Positions 1 to 13,521 of a stretch of 64,000 nt of DNA are shown here, one piece after another; within the stretch, counting starts at the first letter, position 1; each line of letters opens with the position of its first letter. The notes beneath the pieces were generated by a model. The model worked only from the letters and a program-made list of their open reading frames with translations, made no database searches and was not told the DNA's origin. The position numbers and the translations under genes are program-made. Location: the NCBI GenBank assembly GCA_951406725.2, contig OX597825.1, positions 17,360,001 to 17,424,000 on the forward strand, given 5' to 3'. This stretch comes from Octopus vulgaris (Eukaryota).

Positions 1-1326
1 ACAATCAACGAACAGGAAAGAAGCACTGCAAAGTAAAGACGCACCACGTTGCAGTGTGACCCTACCGGATGCTCAAAGTCGGCAGACAGACGACCGAGGG
101 TTGCATGGAGTGTCTTCTAGCAGTGGAAGCCTGAACTACGACGGGTTACTCCACAGAGAACGTTTGGGTTACTTTTGACTACCTATATGTGTGTCAGTTT
201 ATATATATATATATATATGCATACATGTACATGCGTACATATACATGTATATATGCAAGCATGTATGGATACAGGGCGTCAAATTGAGAAATTAGACAGG
301 CAGCATAAAGGGCATTCCCTTCGTCAGTTGTCCCCTAGTGTGTGTGTGTGTTTTGCGTGTGTATATATACTATTGTGTTTGTATATATACTAGCTAATAG
401 CTAATACATATGCCATGTTCCATATGATATACTCTGCAACTGCAACATTTGGTGTGATATCTATGTAAATGTGTCTACATTGAATATATCTGATATCATT
501 GTATATATTCTTCGTGCAAAATTCGGTTATGTGTGTTTCGTCTACGTCATACTTTATGGTCGAATTTTATTGATGTAATATATTCAAACGAGAGAAATGC
601 TTGGGCATAAACATAAAAAAATAATACTAAGAATATGTTAATACAATAAAAATGTGAAACAAACGCACACCATACATTGTACAATAAACAATGCCTATAA
701 ATAGACGTAATTCTAAAAACTAGATAATACGGCTATTCTTTGAAGAATTGAGATTTGAAATAACTTTTTTACATTGATCTGCTTGTGATAAAAGAAAAAT
801 AACGAGTTATTCAAATTCTATGCTGTATACCATAGCACAAATTCATGGTTATCTGAGGTTACTTCGTAATCAATTTGCATGCAAAATACATTCTAGCAGA
901 AAGCTAACTGTTAATTTATTCTGAGTCACTTCTTACACCATCATGTTCATGATCAATACATACTTAACTAAAGTGGTAAGTTAACCTAGTGAACATGTTC
1001 TGGTGGAATTGAAATGTACTAAATATGCCAGACATGCTTTCTTTCTAAGAATGCTTGCACCATAGAAATAATATTGCCTCATACGAAGGATCAATCTTCC
1101 AGGCTACATAAACGTCCAGTTAGATCATATAATATAGAGGGGTACAGACCTGGCATGGTCAAAACTGTAATGGTACTTCGGCTTTTCTTCTCAGAGATGA
1201 TATAATTCTGCCTCCTCACCTTCTAGCCTCATCCTTTCCAGTCACCTTATTTTCTTCTTTCTCCATCATCCTTTCCTTCTTTTTCCTTCTTATACTTTTT
1301 CACCTACCAATTCTTATCTCTTTATT

Positions 1327-1520
1327 GCCCATAAGTGGCTAAACATAGAGGGGACAAACAAGGACAGACAAAGGGATTAAATCGATCAAATCGACCCCAG
1401 TGCGTAACTGGTACTTAATTTATCGACCCCGAAAGGATGAAAGGCAAAGTCCACCACGGCGAAATTTCAGAACGTAACGGGAGACGAAATACTGCTAAGC
1501 ATTTCCCCGGCGTGCTAACT
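1327..1520 (-). mobile_element. SINE family B (tRNA-derived, MetaSINE-like)
   Basis: Reverse complement matches the intact copy at 21430-21662, including CTTTGCCTTTCATCCTTTCGGGGTCGATAAA. Confidence 0.85.
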
Positions 1521-3487
1521 AAATTTTTTCGATAAAGTTTTCAGAAACAACCCGATAATTTTACCGTTAATTCCAAGAAATATTCATGGGTCCTTCTTAT
1601 ATGAACAAAATGAGCTTTAAAATTGGCAGAATAATTCAAACACTAAAGGGTTAAAAGTTGAATAGTTGGTTAAAAGATGGATGAGATTCATATTCATGGT
1701 TTACCTGTATGCGCTCAGCCAGTTTTCTATTTTGATTGGCATCTCAGCCAGGATGAGGGTTATCTCCCATCACGTTATCTCCGTGACAGAATATCAAATT
1801 CTACATTACCTCAACTAACACCTAAACCGCAGCGGAAGAATAGGTACACATATGGTGGACTCTTCTGCTAGAGACAAGAGATGAAGGTACAGCAACTTCT
1901 TGGTGAACAACCCGTGATCAATGCTTTAAAAAAGGCCCATTTTCAATCCGTTTATAAAGCAAATCGCAGATGGAAATGCGATCCAAAAGGATCCCATATG
2001 TAAGTGCATTTTACGTGTGTTGTATATTAGGGATATAATAAAATGAGAAATTATTGACTTTTTCTTAGAAATGGTGTTCCGTTATGTTATATTTATACGT
2101 GATTGATTCAAACAGAAAACAAAGCAAAAAGAATCATCTCCAAAAGCAAACAAATAGAATCAAAACACTCTCAAAAGTATTTATGTTGAACGCAGAGAAA
2201 TAAATTATAATTTACTAATATTTTACTATTAATGTTATGTTTTATATATTCAAGTGTTTTTAAATGCAAAATCTCACACGAGGAAAACAGTTTATTTAAT
2301 GCTAGGAGGCATAATCCCTCGAAAATTTAGCTACATATTTAAATTTTATAAATTCCTGCGCCTCACCATAAACTGCGACATTCGTTCTCTTCATTTGTGT
2401 GAAAAAAGAGATTTATTTCTAACTTTAACAGGCAAGTCATGGAAATTCATTATTTAAATAAATACGCGAAGATTTATTCAACATCTTTCGTATAACTATG
2501 TCTTTTCCTACAACAGGAAATTAAAAATCCAAAACTTAAATATTTTATGAGTTTTGGTTTAGAAAAATACCAATTATTAATACTTTAGTCTAAATAATTT
2601 ATTCATATCCGCGTATATTCTATTTTATTCTATTTTAGTTATATGCTCACATCTTTTTAAAACACACTACATGAATTGAGAAGAAATTGAGAAAGGAAAT
2701 AGCAGGAATCACAATGTAAAAAACAAAACAAAACAAAAAACATATAAACATAAAATGTACGTATTTGTTCAATCTACTGATGTATCTGAATAGTTTTCTT
2801 AGGCATTTAGGGGAATCTAATTAATCCAAATCTAGAAAGATGGTATGATATTCCTTTTGCTTTATAGATCAATTTATTTCTTATTTTCATTTTACTATTA
2901 ATTTCAGATATAACATGATAGCATCTTGTAGATGGCAATGCATTATTTTCCATTTAAATGTAGATTTTCATTCGTTTAGCATTACTCTGTAGGAAGGTCT
3001 AAATTAAATTTATACTTTCAATTAAATTAATACTTTTGAGTATCCCTAATAATTTGAAAATATTGAATCTATAAATGGTGCATTCATTTAATTAATTCGG
3101 TCTTGTGATATCTTACACCTTTATTCAATACAGACACTAGATGTGGTGTATCGCAATACTTATGCGAATACCGCTGTAGGAAAAGATATTCCTTTTAACC
3201 AAAATATATATTTGTGATTAATGCCTATGTCTTTTAGTTTTTTGGGATAGTAGATTGGCAGAAGACTTACAGTGCCGGAAAAAGAGGCTTTGCACTAATT
3301 GTTTTGGATTTTTATGTTTTGAGTTCAAGTTTAGCCAAGTTCAAATTTACCTTTCATTTTTTTGGGTCGATGAAAAAAAATCAGTCAAGATGATATCTCC
3401 ATACTCAATTGCTATTTCCGTGTCTAAATATGGAATGGAGTAAGGCGGATGTAAATTTAACGTCATCACCATCAGTTTAACATCAAG

Positions 3488-3845
3488 CGCAGTCATGGCT
3501 GTGTGAAACGAAATTGCTCCTCAAAGACACACACAATCATATATATATATATGTATATATGTGTGTGTGTGTATCTCTATATCTATATATGAGTGTGCGT
3601 GTGTGCTTGCGTGCCTATCTGCGTCTGTGTACCTTTGTGTCTGTGTTTGTTCCTCATCGCCGCTTGACAATCGGTGTAGGTTTGTTTATGTCCACGTAAC
3701 TTACCGGTTCAGTAAATAAGAACAGTAGAATAAGTAGTACCGGGATTAAAAGAAAATAAGTCCTACCCTCGATATGTTCGACGGAAATCATTTAAGGAGG
3801 AGGTGCTCCAGTATGACCGCACTCAATTGGCTGAAAAAAAATGGA
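3488..3845 (+). mobile_element. Degenerate SINE family A
   Basis: Partial head, internal TA/TG tract, diverged 3' half (cgcttgacaatcggtg...gtgctccagtatgaccgc). Confidence 0.7.
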
Positions 3846-4104
3846 ACAGTGATCCCTGATATTATTTCGTTCTGTTCTTCTAACTACTGATTTGATATAT
3901 TCTAGTTTCACAGATTAAATTCCTGATAATATAGGTGTAGGAGTGGCTGTGTGGTAAGTAGCTTGTTTACGAACCACATTGTTCCGGGTTGAGTGCCACT
4001 GCGTGGCACCTTGGGAAATTGTCTTCTACGATAGCCTCGGGTAGACCAAAGCCTTGTGAGCGGATTTCGTAGACGAAAACTGGAGGAACCCCGTCGTATA
4101 TATG

Positions 4105-4190
<86 letters not shown>

Positions 4191-4927
4191 CGCAGGAGTG
4201 ACTGTGTGGTAAGTAGCTTGCTAACCAGACATGCGCAGTTAGTCGGTTGCTTCTTGTTGAGCTAGAGTGGACGTGAGTAACAAGCTCTGTCCAACTAAAG
4301 AAAAAAGACCAAAAACGGAAAGTTGTCGAGGTAAGTGATTTTGTTTATTGTGAGTTGGGCATAATTTATTGCGTGCCAATTATTATTTCAGTAGGTTGTG
4401 TCCAACTCTGAGACAATTTCGCCTGCGCTAGGCGGCTGCCGTTTTTGTGTTCATTGAAAAAAAAAAAAAAAAAAAAAACAGTGGAGGGGCGTATACTCAG
4501 AATTCAATACAGTTACTGTTAAAATTACCGTTGGCAGTAACCAGTGCTGTGTTTGAGTTTGCTGAATTTATTCCCTTGTCAGAGTACTTCGCAAGAAAAG
4601 TATAAAAATAAGCCACTATTGGATTACCTTTCGGACCCATTTTTGTGGAGGTTGTGTTGCAGTTGCGGCGTTCCAGGTTCAACCCAGGCCGGGAGTACCG
4701 CAAGGCCAGAATATTTTTGCTGTGTTTTTTCTGTTTATTAACTTTCTTTTGAACTTCATTTAACCCCCCCCTTTTTTTTTTCTTTATTGCGACTTTCCGT
4801 TAATTTCTTCCCTTCTGTTGTGCTTTCTCCTTTTTGTTTTTTCAAAAATCTATCAAATTTTATTTAGACTTTTGAACTTTTTTCTTCCTGCTTTTGAGTT
4901 TAATTTGAATATATTTTTAAAAAAAAC

Positions 4928-6162
4928 ATGGCAATGAAAAATAACAAAATTTTGGAGTGGGAAATCATACCACCCAAAAAGTGGTTAAAAGACCGTGAAG
5001 ATAGGACGGTGGTGTTGAGAACCTACTCCAAGGCACTTGACACCATCGCCCTATTCGAAAAGACGGCAATTGAGGAGGAGTTGGAAGAGTATTTGCCAAC
5101 AATTAAATTCATTTCCAGGGGTGTCAAATATGCAACGGTGTGGTTGCTATTTGACACCCCTGAAGAGGCTTGCAAATTTGCTAGCAAACCCTTGGAGGGT
5201 AAGGAAATCTTATTCCTGCCCACGTACAAAAAAAGAAATTGATGAAAGCTTGGATCTGCGGACTGCCACCCGACATAGAACCCGAGTGGATAGAGGAGAC
5301 TATCCGCCGGGGTCTGGGTGACAGCGAAACTAAGCTCCTCAATGTAAAAGTTCTTCCTGCGGCTGCTTGGGTTGGGTCGAAAGCAATTTTGACGCTGTGG
5401 ACCCAATCAGCCAATCTGGTTCTTCCAGATTTTTTGAAAATGGCCGGGTGCAGGTACCCGGTGATGCTTGAGGGTCGCCCCCCCAAGTGTCATCGGTGCT
5501 TGGAGTCCGGCCACATAAAGAAGAACTGTCCTCGGGAACAAAATAGGATCCCGGAACAGTTAAGTAAAACCCCTCTAGAAGAGGGGAGGATAACGGCCGA
5601 GAAAGCAGAGGACTCCTCAAACAGAGGCCGAAAGAGGAAGGTGAGCAACAATGGGTGCTCACCAAAGGATAATAGGGATGAGGAGAGGAAGGCGAATCTT
5701 CCAGCCACGGAGGAGACGCACCCTCCCTCAGTTGAAAAGGGAAAAAAAAAGAAGAGGAAGAAAAACGGGACATTACCGGCTGTCAGTGTAGCACCGGAAT
5801 GTCGCGGAACTACGTCGGTTGGGGTTGTGCCACCGACAAGAGAAGGAATACCGTTGGCGGAAACTGTGCCGCCAACGAAAAATGTATTGGTCCTCTTCTA
5901 TAGAGGAGGAGAAATTGAAAAAGTGATGGAAGAGCACTACAAGGGAGCACCTTTAGCCTTCACACAGGACCCCGAATGGCCTCCGCAGGTAGCTGTGGAG
6001 GCCATGGCGTTCGACGTGACGCTAGGGCTAAAGGAGCTCAATGAAGATTATAACTTGGTCCCGGGCGACGCGAACTCGGAACTTGACTACGTTCTGAGGG
6101 AGGCGTGGTTGATGGTGGAGGGCGCGGGCACAAGCTATTTCGAGGACGATATGTATTATTAG
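4928..6162 (+). CDS. LINE ORF1p-like nucleic-acid-binding protein (RRM-like region + CCHC zinc knuckle), one frameshift at A7 run 5228-5234; ~411 aa if joined
   Basis: ORFs 4928-5242 and 5239-6162 overlap (TGATG); VWLLFDTPEEA and WICGLPPDI RRM-like motifs; EGRPPK-CHRCLESGHIKKNC (CX2CX4HX4C); basic NLS-like runs. Confidence 0.8.
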
Positions 6163-6285
6163 TAATGGACTTAAGTCCAAAAATTGAAAAATTGTAAGAG
6201 GATTAATACCTCGTGTTGTATTAATAATGGACTGTTAAGCCCAAAAATTGGAAAAATTGTAAGAGGTTTAATACCTCGTTTTGTG
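6163..6285 (+). repeat. ~62-bp imperfect tandem duplication in the element 3'UTR
   Basis: taatggac...aaaattgtaagagg..taatacctcgt at 6163 and 6225. Confidence 0.85.
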
Positions 6286-7029
6286 TTTATCTTTTTAAAA
6301 AAGAACAATGTTTTAGAGAAGCAAAAGTCGGCGGGCGCTTTCTGTCTTCTCCCATCCTTATCATCCAATCATCATTCACCTCATTAATGTCCTCGTCCAG
6401 CCCGCAAAGCTAACTTAATCTGTGTACTGCCTTTATGGCAAATGTTCTGAAATAAAGTAGCTTGCTAACCAACCACATGGCTCCGGGTTCAGTCCCACTG
6501 CGTGGCATCTTGGGCAAGTGTCTTCTGCTATAGTCCCAGACCGACCAATGCCTTGTGAGTGGATTTGGTAGACGGAAACTGAAAGAAGTCTGTCGTATAT
6601 ATGTATATATATATATGTGTGTGTATGTGTGTTTGTCCCCCTAGCATTGCTTGACAACCGATGCTGGTGTGTTTACGTCCCCGTCACTTAGCGGTTCGGC
6701 AAAAGAGACCGATAGAATAAGTACTGGGCTTACAAAGAATAAGTCCCGGGGTCGATTTGCTCGAATAAAGGCGGTGCTCCAGCATGGCCGCAGTCAAATG
6801 ACTGAAACAAGTAAAAGATAAAAGAAAAGATAAAAGATATATATAGATAGATAGATATTTGTGTGTGGGTGTGTGGGTGTGTATGTGTGTGTGTGTGTGT
6901 GAATGTGTGTTTGTTTGTCTGTGTTTATCTCCTCGTAACTTGGCGGTTCGGCAAATGAGGCCGATAGAATAAGTACTACGATTACAAAGAATAAGTCCTG
7001 GGGTCGATTTGCTAGATTAAACTCAACTA

Positions 7030-7283
7030 CTCTCCCAAACGAGAATACTAAAAATGAACTTGTCCTCGCTCAAAGATTAAGTTAAACAATCGGAAAAAAT
7101 AATCCAGAATTCTCGTCCGGTACTGGATCGATGGCAAAATCTAATCAGTTCACGAGGCCAAACATCTCAGAAAGTTACATCCGAATACATCCAGCGGTTC
7201 TTCAGATATATTTTCCACGGACAAATAAAGAAGCAGACATGACTGAAAACAATACTTCCGCCTTCACTAAGGCGGAAGTAATA
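7030..7283. mobile_element. Non-autonomous element with subterminal hairpin (Helentron/DINE-1-like)
   Basis: Hairpin TACTTCCGCCTT-CACT-AAGGCGGAAGTA (7253-7280) preceded by gactgaaaacaa; family assignment from memory. Confidence 0.5.
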
Positions 7284-7334
7284 ATAACAACAACAACAAA
7301 AATAGTAATAATAATAATGATAATAATAATCTTA

Positions 7335-7500
7335 AATTTTACCACATGGTTCAACATTTTGGAGGCCGAGGAAATGAGTCGATTATATAGACCCCGAATC
7401 GATGAAAGGCAAAGTCGGGTTCGGGGGAATGTGAACTAAGAACGTAGCGGCAAAAAAATATCGCTAAGCGTTTCGCCCGGCGTGCTAATGAGTGTGCCTC
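7335..7500 (-). mobile_element. Degenerate SINE family B
   Basis: gatgaaaggcaaagtcg...gctaagcgtttcgcccggcgtgctaa. Confidence 0.75.
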
Positions 7501-7586
7501 GCACAACATAAGCTCTGCAATCTTGGAGATTAAAGTGAGCGGTTCATAGGGATAAATGCTGAGTTAAAACGCCCAAGTGCCACCCA

Positions 7587-7935
<349 letters not shown>

Positions 7936-8203
7936 TGTACATCCTCTTCACAAATGTTTGTGTAAGCGCGAGCCCGTATGTGTATGGCTGTATGTGAAAG
8001 TATTTCAGTGAATATTTTGCCTAAAAAGTAATGCAACCATGACAGTGAGAATAGGCTACTTATTGTTATATATAAAGTTAAACCATACTCATTGTATTCT
8101 GAAATTAATCAATTTGAATTTTAATTGATAATTCTTATACGGTAAATCTGAAGAATGAAACTTCGATAAGCCTTTTAGTCTTGGGAGTGTCGTTACGCCT
8201 ATA

Positions 8204-8204
8204 G

Positions 8205-8300
<96 letters not shown>

Positions 8301-8353
8301 TAATAATAATAATAATAATAATAATGATGATGATGATGATAATAATAATAATG

Positions 8354-8384
<31 letters not shown>

Positions 8385-8412
8385 TAACAATAAAAATAAT
8401 AATGATAATAAT

Positions 8413-8458
<46 letters not shown>

Positions 8459-8602
8459 CATGCACAGACTCAATTCCACTTCTTTAATGTTAGTAAATTG
8501 GCTTCAGTGATCCGTAACTCCCAAATTTTGCAACGGAATAATTTCACATCAAGAAAGTTGCAAAGAAATTAAAAGACCTATATATATATATGAGAGGCAG
8601 AT

Positions 8603-8667
<65 letters not shown>
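8204..8667. repeat. (ATG)n/(AAT)n and (AG)n microsatellites
   Basis: Direct reading. Confidence 0.95.
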
Positions 8668-8675
<8 letters not shown>

Positions 8676-8739
8676 AGAGGGGCAAAGTAGATAAATATCA
8701 AAGGAGGCACAAGCATTGTTAAAATGTAAAGATATTGTC

Positions 8740-8925
8740 TGGCCGAAACGGTAGCACACCAGGCGAAATGGCTAGAGTTAAAGCGTCTGTCTTTACGCCG
8801 ATTTTGATTTTGCTTTTCCTCCTTGCGAGGTCGATTCATTAGGTATCAGTTGTGCACTGGAGTCGGCCTAATCAATCGACCCCTCCCAAAATATTTCAGG
8901 CCTTGCGCCTAATGTTGAAAAGAAT
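8740..8925 (+). mobile_element. Degenerate SINE family B
   Basis: gaaacggtagcacaccaggcgaaatg...gcttttcctccttgcgaggtcgat...gcactggagtcg. Confidence 0.65.
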
Positions 8926-11900
8926 ATATATGTTGTCTAAACCTCGTGCTCTAATAACTATACCGAACTTTTGTTACGTATCATTGAATATATTTTATAA
9001 CATTTAAAGTAACAATGTCACTATTCATATATGGACTTAAACGATATCTATTTCGTTGGACAGAACATAAATACAAGTATACTATACAGCTCTAGTATTA
9101 ATATTTCTTTTCTTCATCTTTCCTTTTCGTTCCATTTTTTCTTGTTATATTCATTTTATATTTCACTTACAATTCACTCACTTTCGTCTATATAATTGTA
9201 ATAGAAATAAATGTCTTGTGCATGCCTATAGGTAATCAATAATCCAATGCAAACAAACAGTTGGACAATAATAGCTTTAAATTGAAATATCACAGCAAGC
9301 GATACATATATATTCTCTTCGAATTGGAATAAATTTTTGACTGTGCAAAATCTATCTTCATCATCTCGCTAAAAACCAGTTATTATGCATTTGTAGTTTG
9401 AAGATTTAAACAACGATATTGCGCGATTATTCCAAGTTTAAAACGAAATTATTCTCGTAGTCTCACGCTCTCTTTTCATGACATCACGTCATATCTGTGA
9501 AATTTCAAAAAGCTTCCCTTATAAATTTTCTAAATTGATTAGATTTCTCTCCATGAATATCGTGATGAAAATTTGCGGTATCTGTTGTCTTTGTGTCAGT
9601 TTGTGTTGGTGTTTATATGCGTGTTTTACTTTAGTTCTTCTGTGATTTTCTGTGTTTGCGTGCCGTTAGTGAAAATGATTGATTTGATATTAACACTGAT
9701 TAGTTCCAATAGTTTTTCTTTATTATTTCTTTTTATATAATAATACAGAAATCTCCGAGACGGAAATTACTTGAGTCAAATCCGTTTTGTTCTTTGTATC
9801 ATGTTTAAAATTAATATTAATATCAAACATAATTACTAGTACAACAACTACAATTAAGATGAGGTATTTGGTAAATGGTGCTGTTAAATTTATCGAAGGA
9901 GGTTTTAACTAATATCAATATTATTGACCCATGAATTCATAAAAAGTAAAATTGATCTCGATGAAATTCGAACATACAAGTTTTAAAGACAATTTAAATT
10001 GTTATTATTTTGTCGACTGTGCTTTACTGGTAAACGAAAGCAATAACAATAGTAAGATCAACGATGAAATATATAATCTTGTTTGTTTTTTTTTCTAATT
10101 TAAGCATAGGGCCAGGAATGTTGGTGTCATCGGTTAAAGACGATGATACAGACCTCAATGCTTGACTGGTATTTTATTTTCGCTGGATGGTATAATGTAA
10201 GTAATTTTTCAACCGCACCACAGAACCTGTCAGCTCACAACTGACTTTTGCACTAATAACGACTACGATGATAATGATGATGATAATTCTGTCTTTTCAA
10301 GGTACATGGCATAAGTATACACAACCAAGCGTTAGTACCTAGGGCTTAAAAATCAAGTATTGATGGGACAAAACAAAGTTATATAAGTAAATTATGTCAG
10401 GTTTGTTCCTCATATAATGAATACATAAAAACCTTGTTGAAAGCTAAACAGAAAATATATACAAATAGAAGAAAGCTCATCAAATATTTTATCACGTACA
10501 AAATGACAAAGCCATTCGCATACGAATGTTTACACACAAGTTAGTGTATATTAAGCAAAGCAGCACACACCGCTCACTGTTTATCACTAGTGTATTGAAA
10601 TCGCATGCAACTTGATGTGTCATGTTTTATATAGCGGTACTTTTCAGTAAGACCCTATGTTTATATGTGTTGGGTAGAGGTGCATATCTCCCGTCTTTGA
10701 AAACATAAGGACACAGAAAGCGTGTCATGGCCAACTAGAAAATGTTCTTAAATCGGCTTATAAAACTCTCCGTAAATACAGTACTTCATCCTCCTTAAGA
10801 TCTCATATAAAGAAGCAGTTTCTTTAGCAGTATTCCGTTACTCATTTATAACATGTTGCTCTTCTTGATACTCCTTGGAACGAGCTGATTTTCTTCCGAC
10901 TTAAATACCACTATCTTCACCATGTCAGGTGCTCAATTCTCTCTTCGTTTTATTTGAATATTTCTACAAATGTACACTCTTCTTCTGTACTCTATATTTA
11001 TATCATTGTCCTTCGGAAACTATCTGATCTCCATCTACAAAAGTTGATAGGTTAATATTACTGTGAGTAGGAACTTACTATCACGCATTCCTGAAATAGA
11101 GCAAGAGGTAAACCTGTCTGCTCCAACTTATAATGCTTTTGGAAAAAATACCTCCGTGTCCAGCTCCTGTGATTGCAGAATCTGCTGCTGTCCAATATTC
11201 TATCCAAGCTAATTAGGTGGTCATTGCTTTAATGTGTATCAGAACTGTTCTCAGTTCTGCTCCGGTAGCCTCATTATTTTTCTATCTGTATCTACGATCG
11301 TGCATTTATTGTATAGATCTGTATATTCACACATCACAAGTATTCAAAATTAGTGACGTCTACGAATCACATATCGTTTCTCTTAGACTCTCCTCTTGCA
11401 ATATCACTGGTAAAACTTCCGAGTGTCATTCTCATATTCCTCCGCGATATCATTAACTAAAAGCCTAGAGGCTAGTATAACGCACTTCCTCAGTCTGACA
11501 TATTTCTTCCACTTATGATTTGAAGACCAAGGAAATACTATCGTCCATTCTACCGTGAGCTATGTAAATCATATCTTCCCCTACATCGCCCTCGCTTTCC
11601 CTCAGTAGAACTTTTGAAGGTATTCGAAAATGGCTTACTTTCAGTAAGAAGGTTAGTCTTTACACCCACTCTTGAATAACGTAACACGGTACAAGAATTC
11701 AATGTGCGATAGCATCTAATACTTTGCTAGTTGATTAATATCTACATTATTTTGTTGTAGCAACGGAAACAAAAGCTATTTATGCTGTAGTATTTTTTTT
11801 ATTCCATTAGAACTTTTAGATGAGACTGTTTATGGCTGTCAAGGTGCAAGACATATTTACCAGCGAAAATAACGTTTCTTAGTATTTTTAAAAGTGCAAT

Positions 11901-13031
11901 TGTCTCTAATATTTTCTTTATATGTCTTTGTTTTTGTTTGTTGGGGTTATAATTTTGGGAACAACTGTTGACATAGTCATGATGTTCGAAATGCCTAGCA
12001 GCATAATTATAATATTTTTTTTGGCTAAATTAAAGTATTTTTCATTTCTCCTACGCTAAAAATGCTTTGTTATGTTTCGAACAACAAATTTCACCGCAAC
12101 ACCGATCAGCGTTGCATGCAATCCAACGAATTGTTTGAAATCACATGAGTGATAAATAGAACATTTTGCCGAGCGAGAAACTATGACAGCAAAGACTTAA
12201 AAATTAAACAAAATCAGTAAAAATAACTCTTTCTTTTATAATAACATTTTCTTTCGTAGGTACAGATCCTGAAATTTGGGTAGGGACGTATTCGATTACA
12301 TTGTCCAAGTATTTCACTGGTACTTATTTTATAGACTCATGAAAAGATTAAAAACCAAGTCTATCTCAGCAGAATTTGAACAGTATATTGGAGGAAATTT
12401 AAATTATCTGTAAAATTACTTCATAGGAGGAACGTGAGTAATCTTAAATGTTGTCACATTCACCAAAACTTGTATGGGAAGAAAAGATGGTGATACACAG
12501 AGCAAAAGCTAGTATCTGCAACAGGATAAAGTTACCCAGAGGAAGTACCCTACAAAAGCTTTACGTAATAACAACACTATGCTGGAACAGGAAATTTCCC
12601 CCCAAAGTTCCTGACTGTTAATTTTAATAATATAACCCTTGAGGAAAAGAAGAAGACAGTTCAAGGTGTTCTCAGTAGGTATTTTAAGCGCATCGAATAA
12701 CAAGAACAGACACAGACAGCCATCTACATCCGCGATGTAAACCACCAGATTGAATGCACGTATTGGTAAATTTAAAATAATTTAGTCTTTCTTTTTTACT
12801 ATTGCCAAATAATAATAATTATTGAATTTGTTTTTTAAACTTAAAATGTTTTATTTTTATCAACCGTGTATTATTGAAAATTCATTCATAAATAAAGTAC
12901 AGAACTGGGAATAGTTATTATCGGTTTAGCGAAGGGAAGCTTAGTCTACAGACAAAATAATTCGACTTAAATGGTTTTTCGACTTACGTCGTGTCACCTG
13001 GAACCAACTAGCGACGTAAAATGATGTATGT

Positions 13032-13034
<3 letters not shown>

Positions 13035-13075
<41 letters not shown>

Positions 13076-13099
13076 CTATATCTATATATACATATATAC

Positions 13100-13156
<57 letters not shown>

Positions 13157-13420
13157 TGTGTACGTATGTCTATATGTATGTATATACACACACATATATA
13201 TATATATACATACATACACTTTTACATATTTATTGTACATATCTATATATACACATACATATACATATATATGTACATATATATATTCACATATATATAT
13301 ATATATGTACGTATGTCTATATGTATGTATACACATACACACACACATATATATATATACATACACTTTTACATATTTGTTATACACATACATAGTATAC
13401 ATGTATATACTTGTACGTAT
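13035..13420. repeat. Compound (CA)/(TA) microsatellite with an internal duplication
   Basis: gtacgtatgtctatatgtatgtata...catacacttttacatattt present twice. Confidence 0.9.
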
Positions 13421-13521
13421 AAAGGTATAAACGTCTGTCTGTAGTTAAATCACAGAGTTGTACGGTATTCCGACGCGTTCTTTTCATACCTCATAAAACA
13501 CGTTTGCTCCATTGTTTCGTA

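Larger units (their letters stand above)
4228..6454 (+). mobile_element. Non-autonomous ORF1-only non-LTR retroelement (Tx1/L1-like half-LINE)
   Basis: Bounded by 17-bp direct repeat AAGTAGCTTGCTAACCA (4211-4227, 6455-6471); ~700-bp 5'UTR, gag-like ORF1, ~290-bp 3'UTR ending AATAA(A); no EN/RT. Confidence 0.85.
4189..6838 (+). mobile_element. Inner SINE family A (tRNA-derived, CORE-like), interrupted by a 2.2-kb insertion
   Basis: Head ggcgcaggagtgactgtgtggtaagtagcttgctaacca at 4189-4227; continues at 6455 through B box ggttcagtccc to the aaagat tail; near-identical to the copy at 36288-36830. Confidence 0.9.
3933..7020 (+). mobile_element. Outer SINE family A, split: 5' half 3933-4100, 3' half ~6860-7020
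   Basis: Head and core (ggcaccttggg...gtagacg) at 3933-4097; a matching 3' half (cttggcggttcggcaaa...ggggtcgatttgct) resumes after the inner SINE. Confidence 0.75.

Noticed and set aside
1677-2005. Reading frame with one internal TAG, ending near GTAAGT
   Set aside because: No recognisable domain and no convincing acceptor; cannot support an exon.
10680-11690. Possible very old LINE (RTE-like) on the minus strand
   Set aside because: Composition is suggestive, but I could not read diagnostic motifs.
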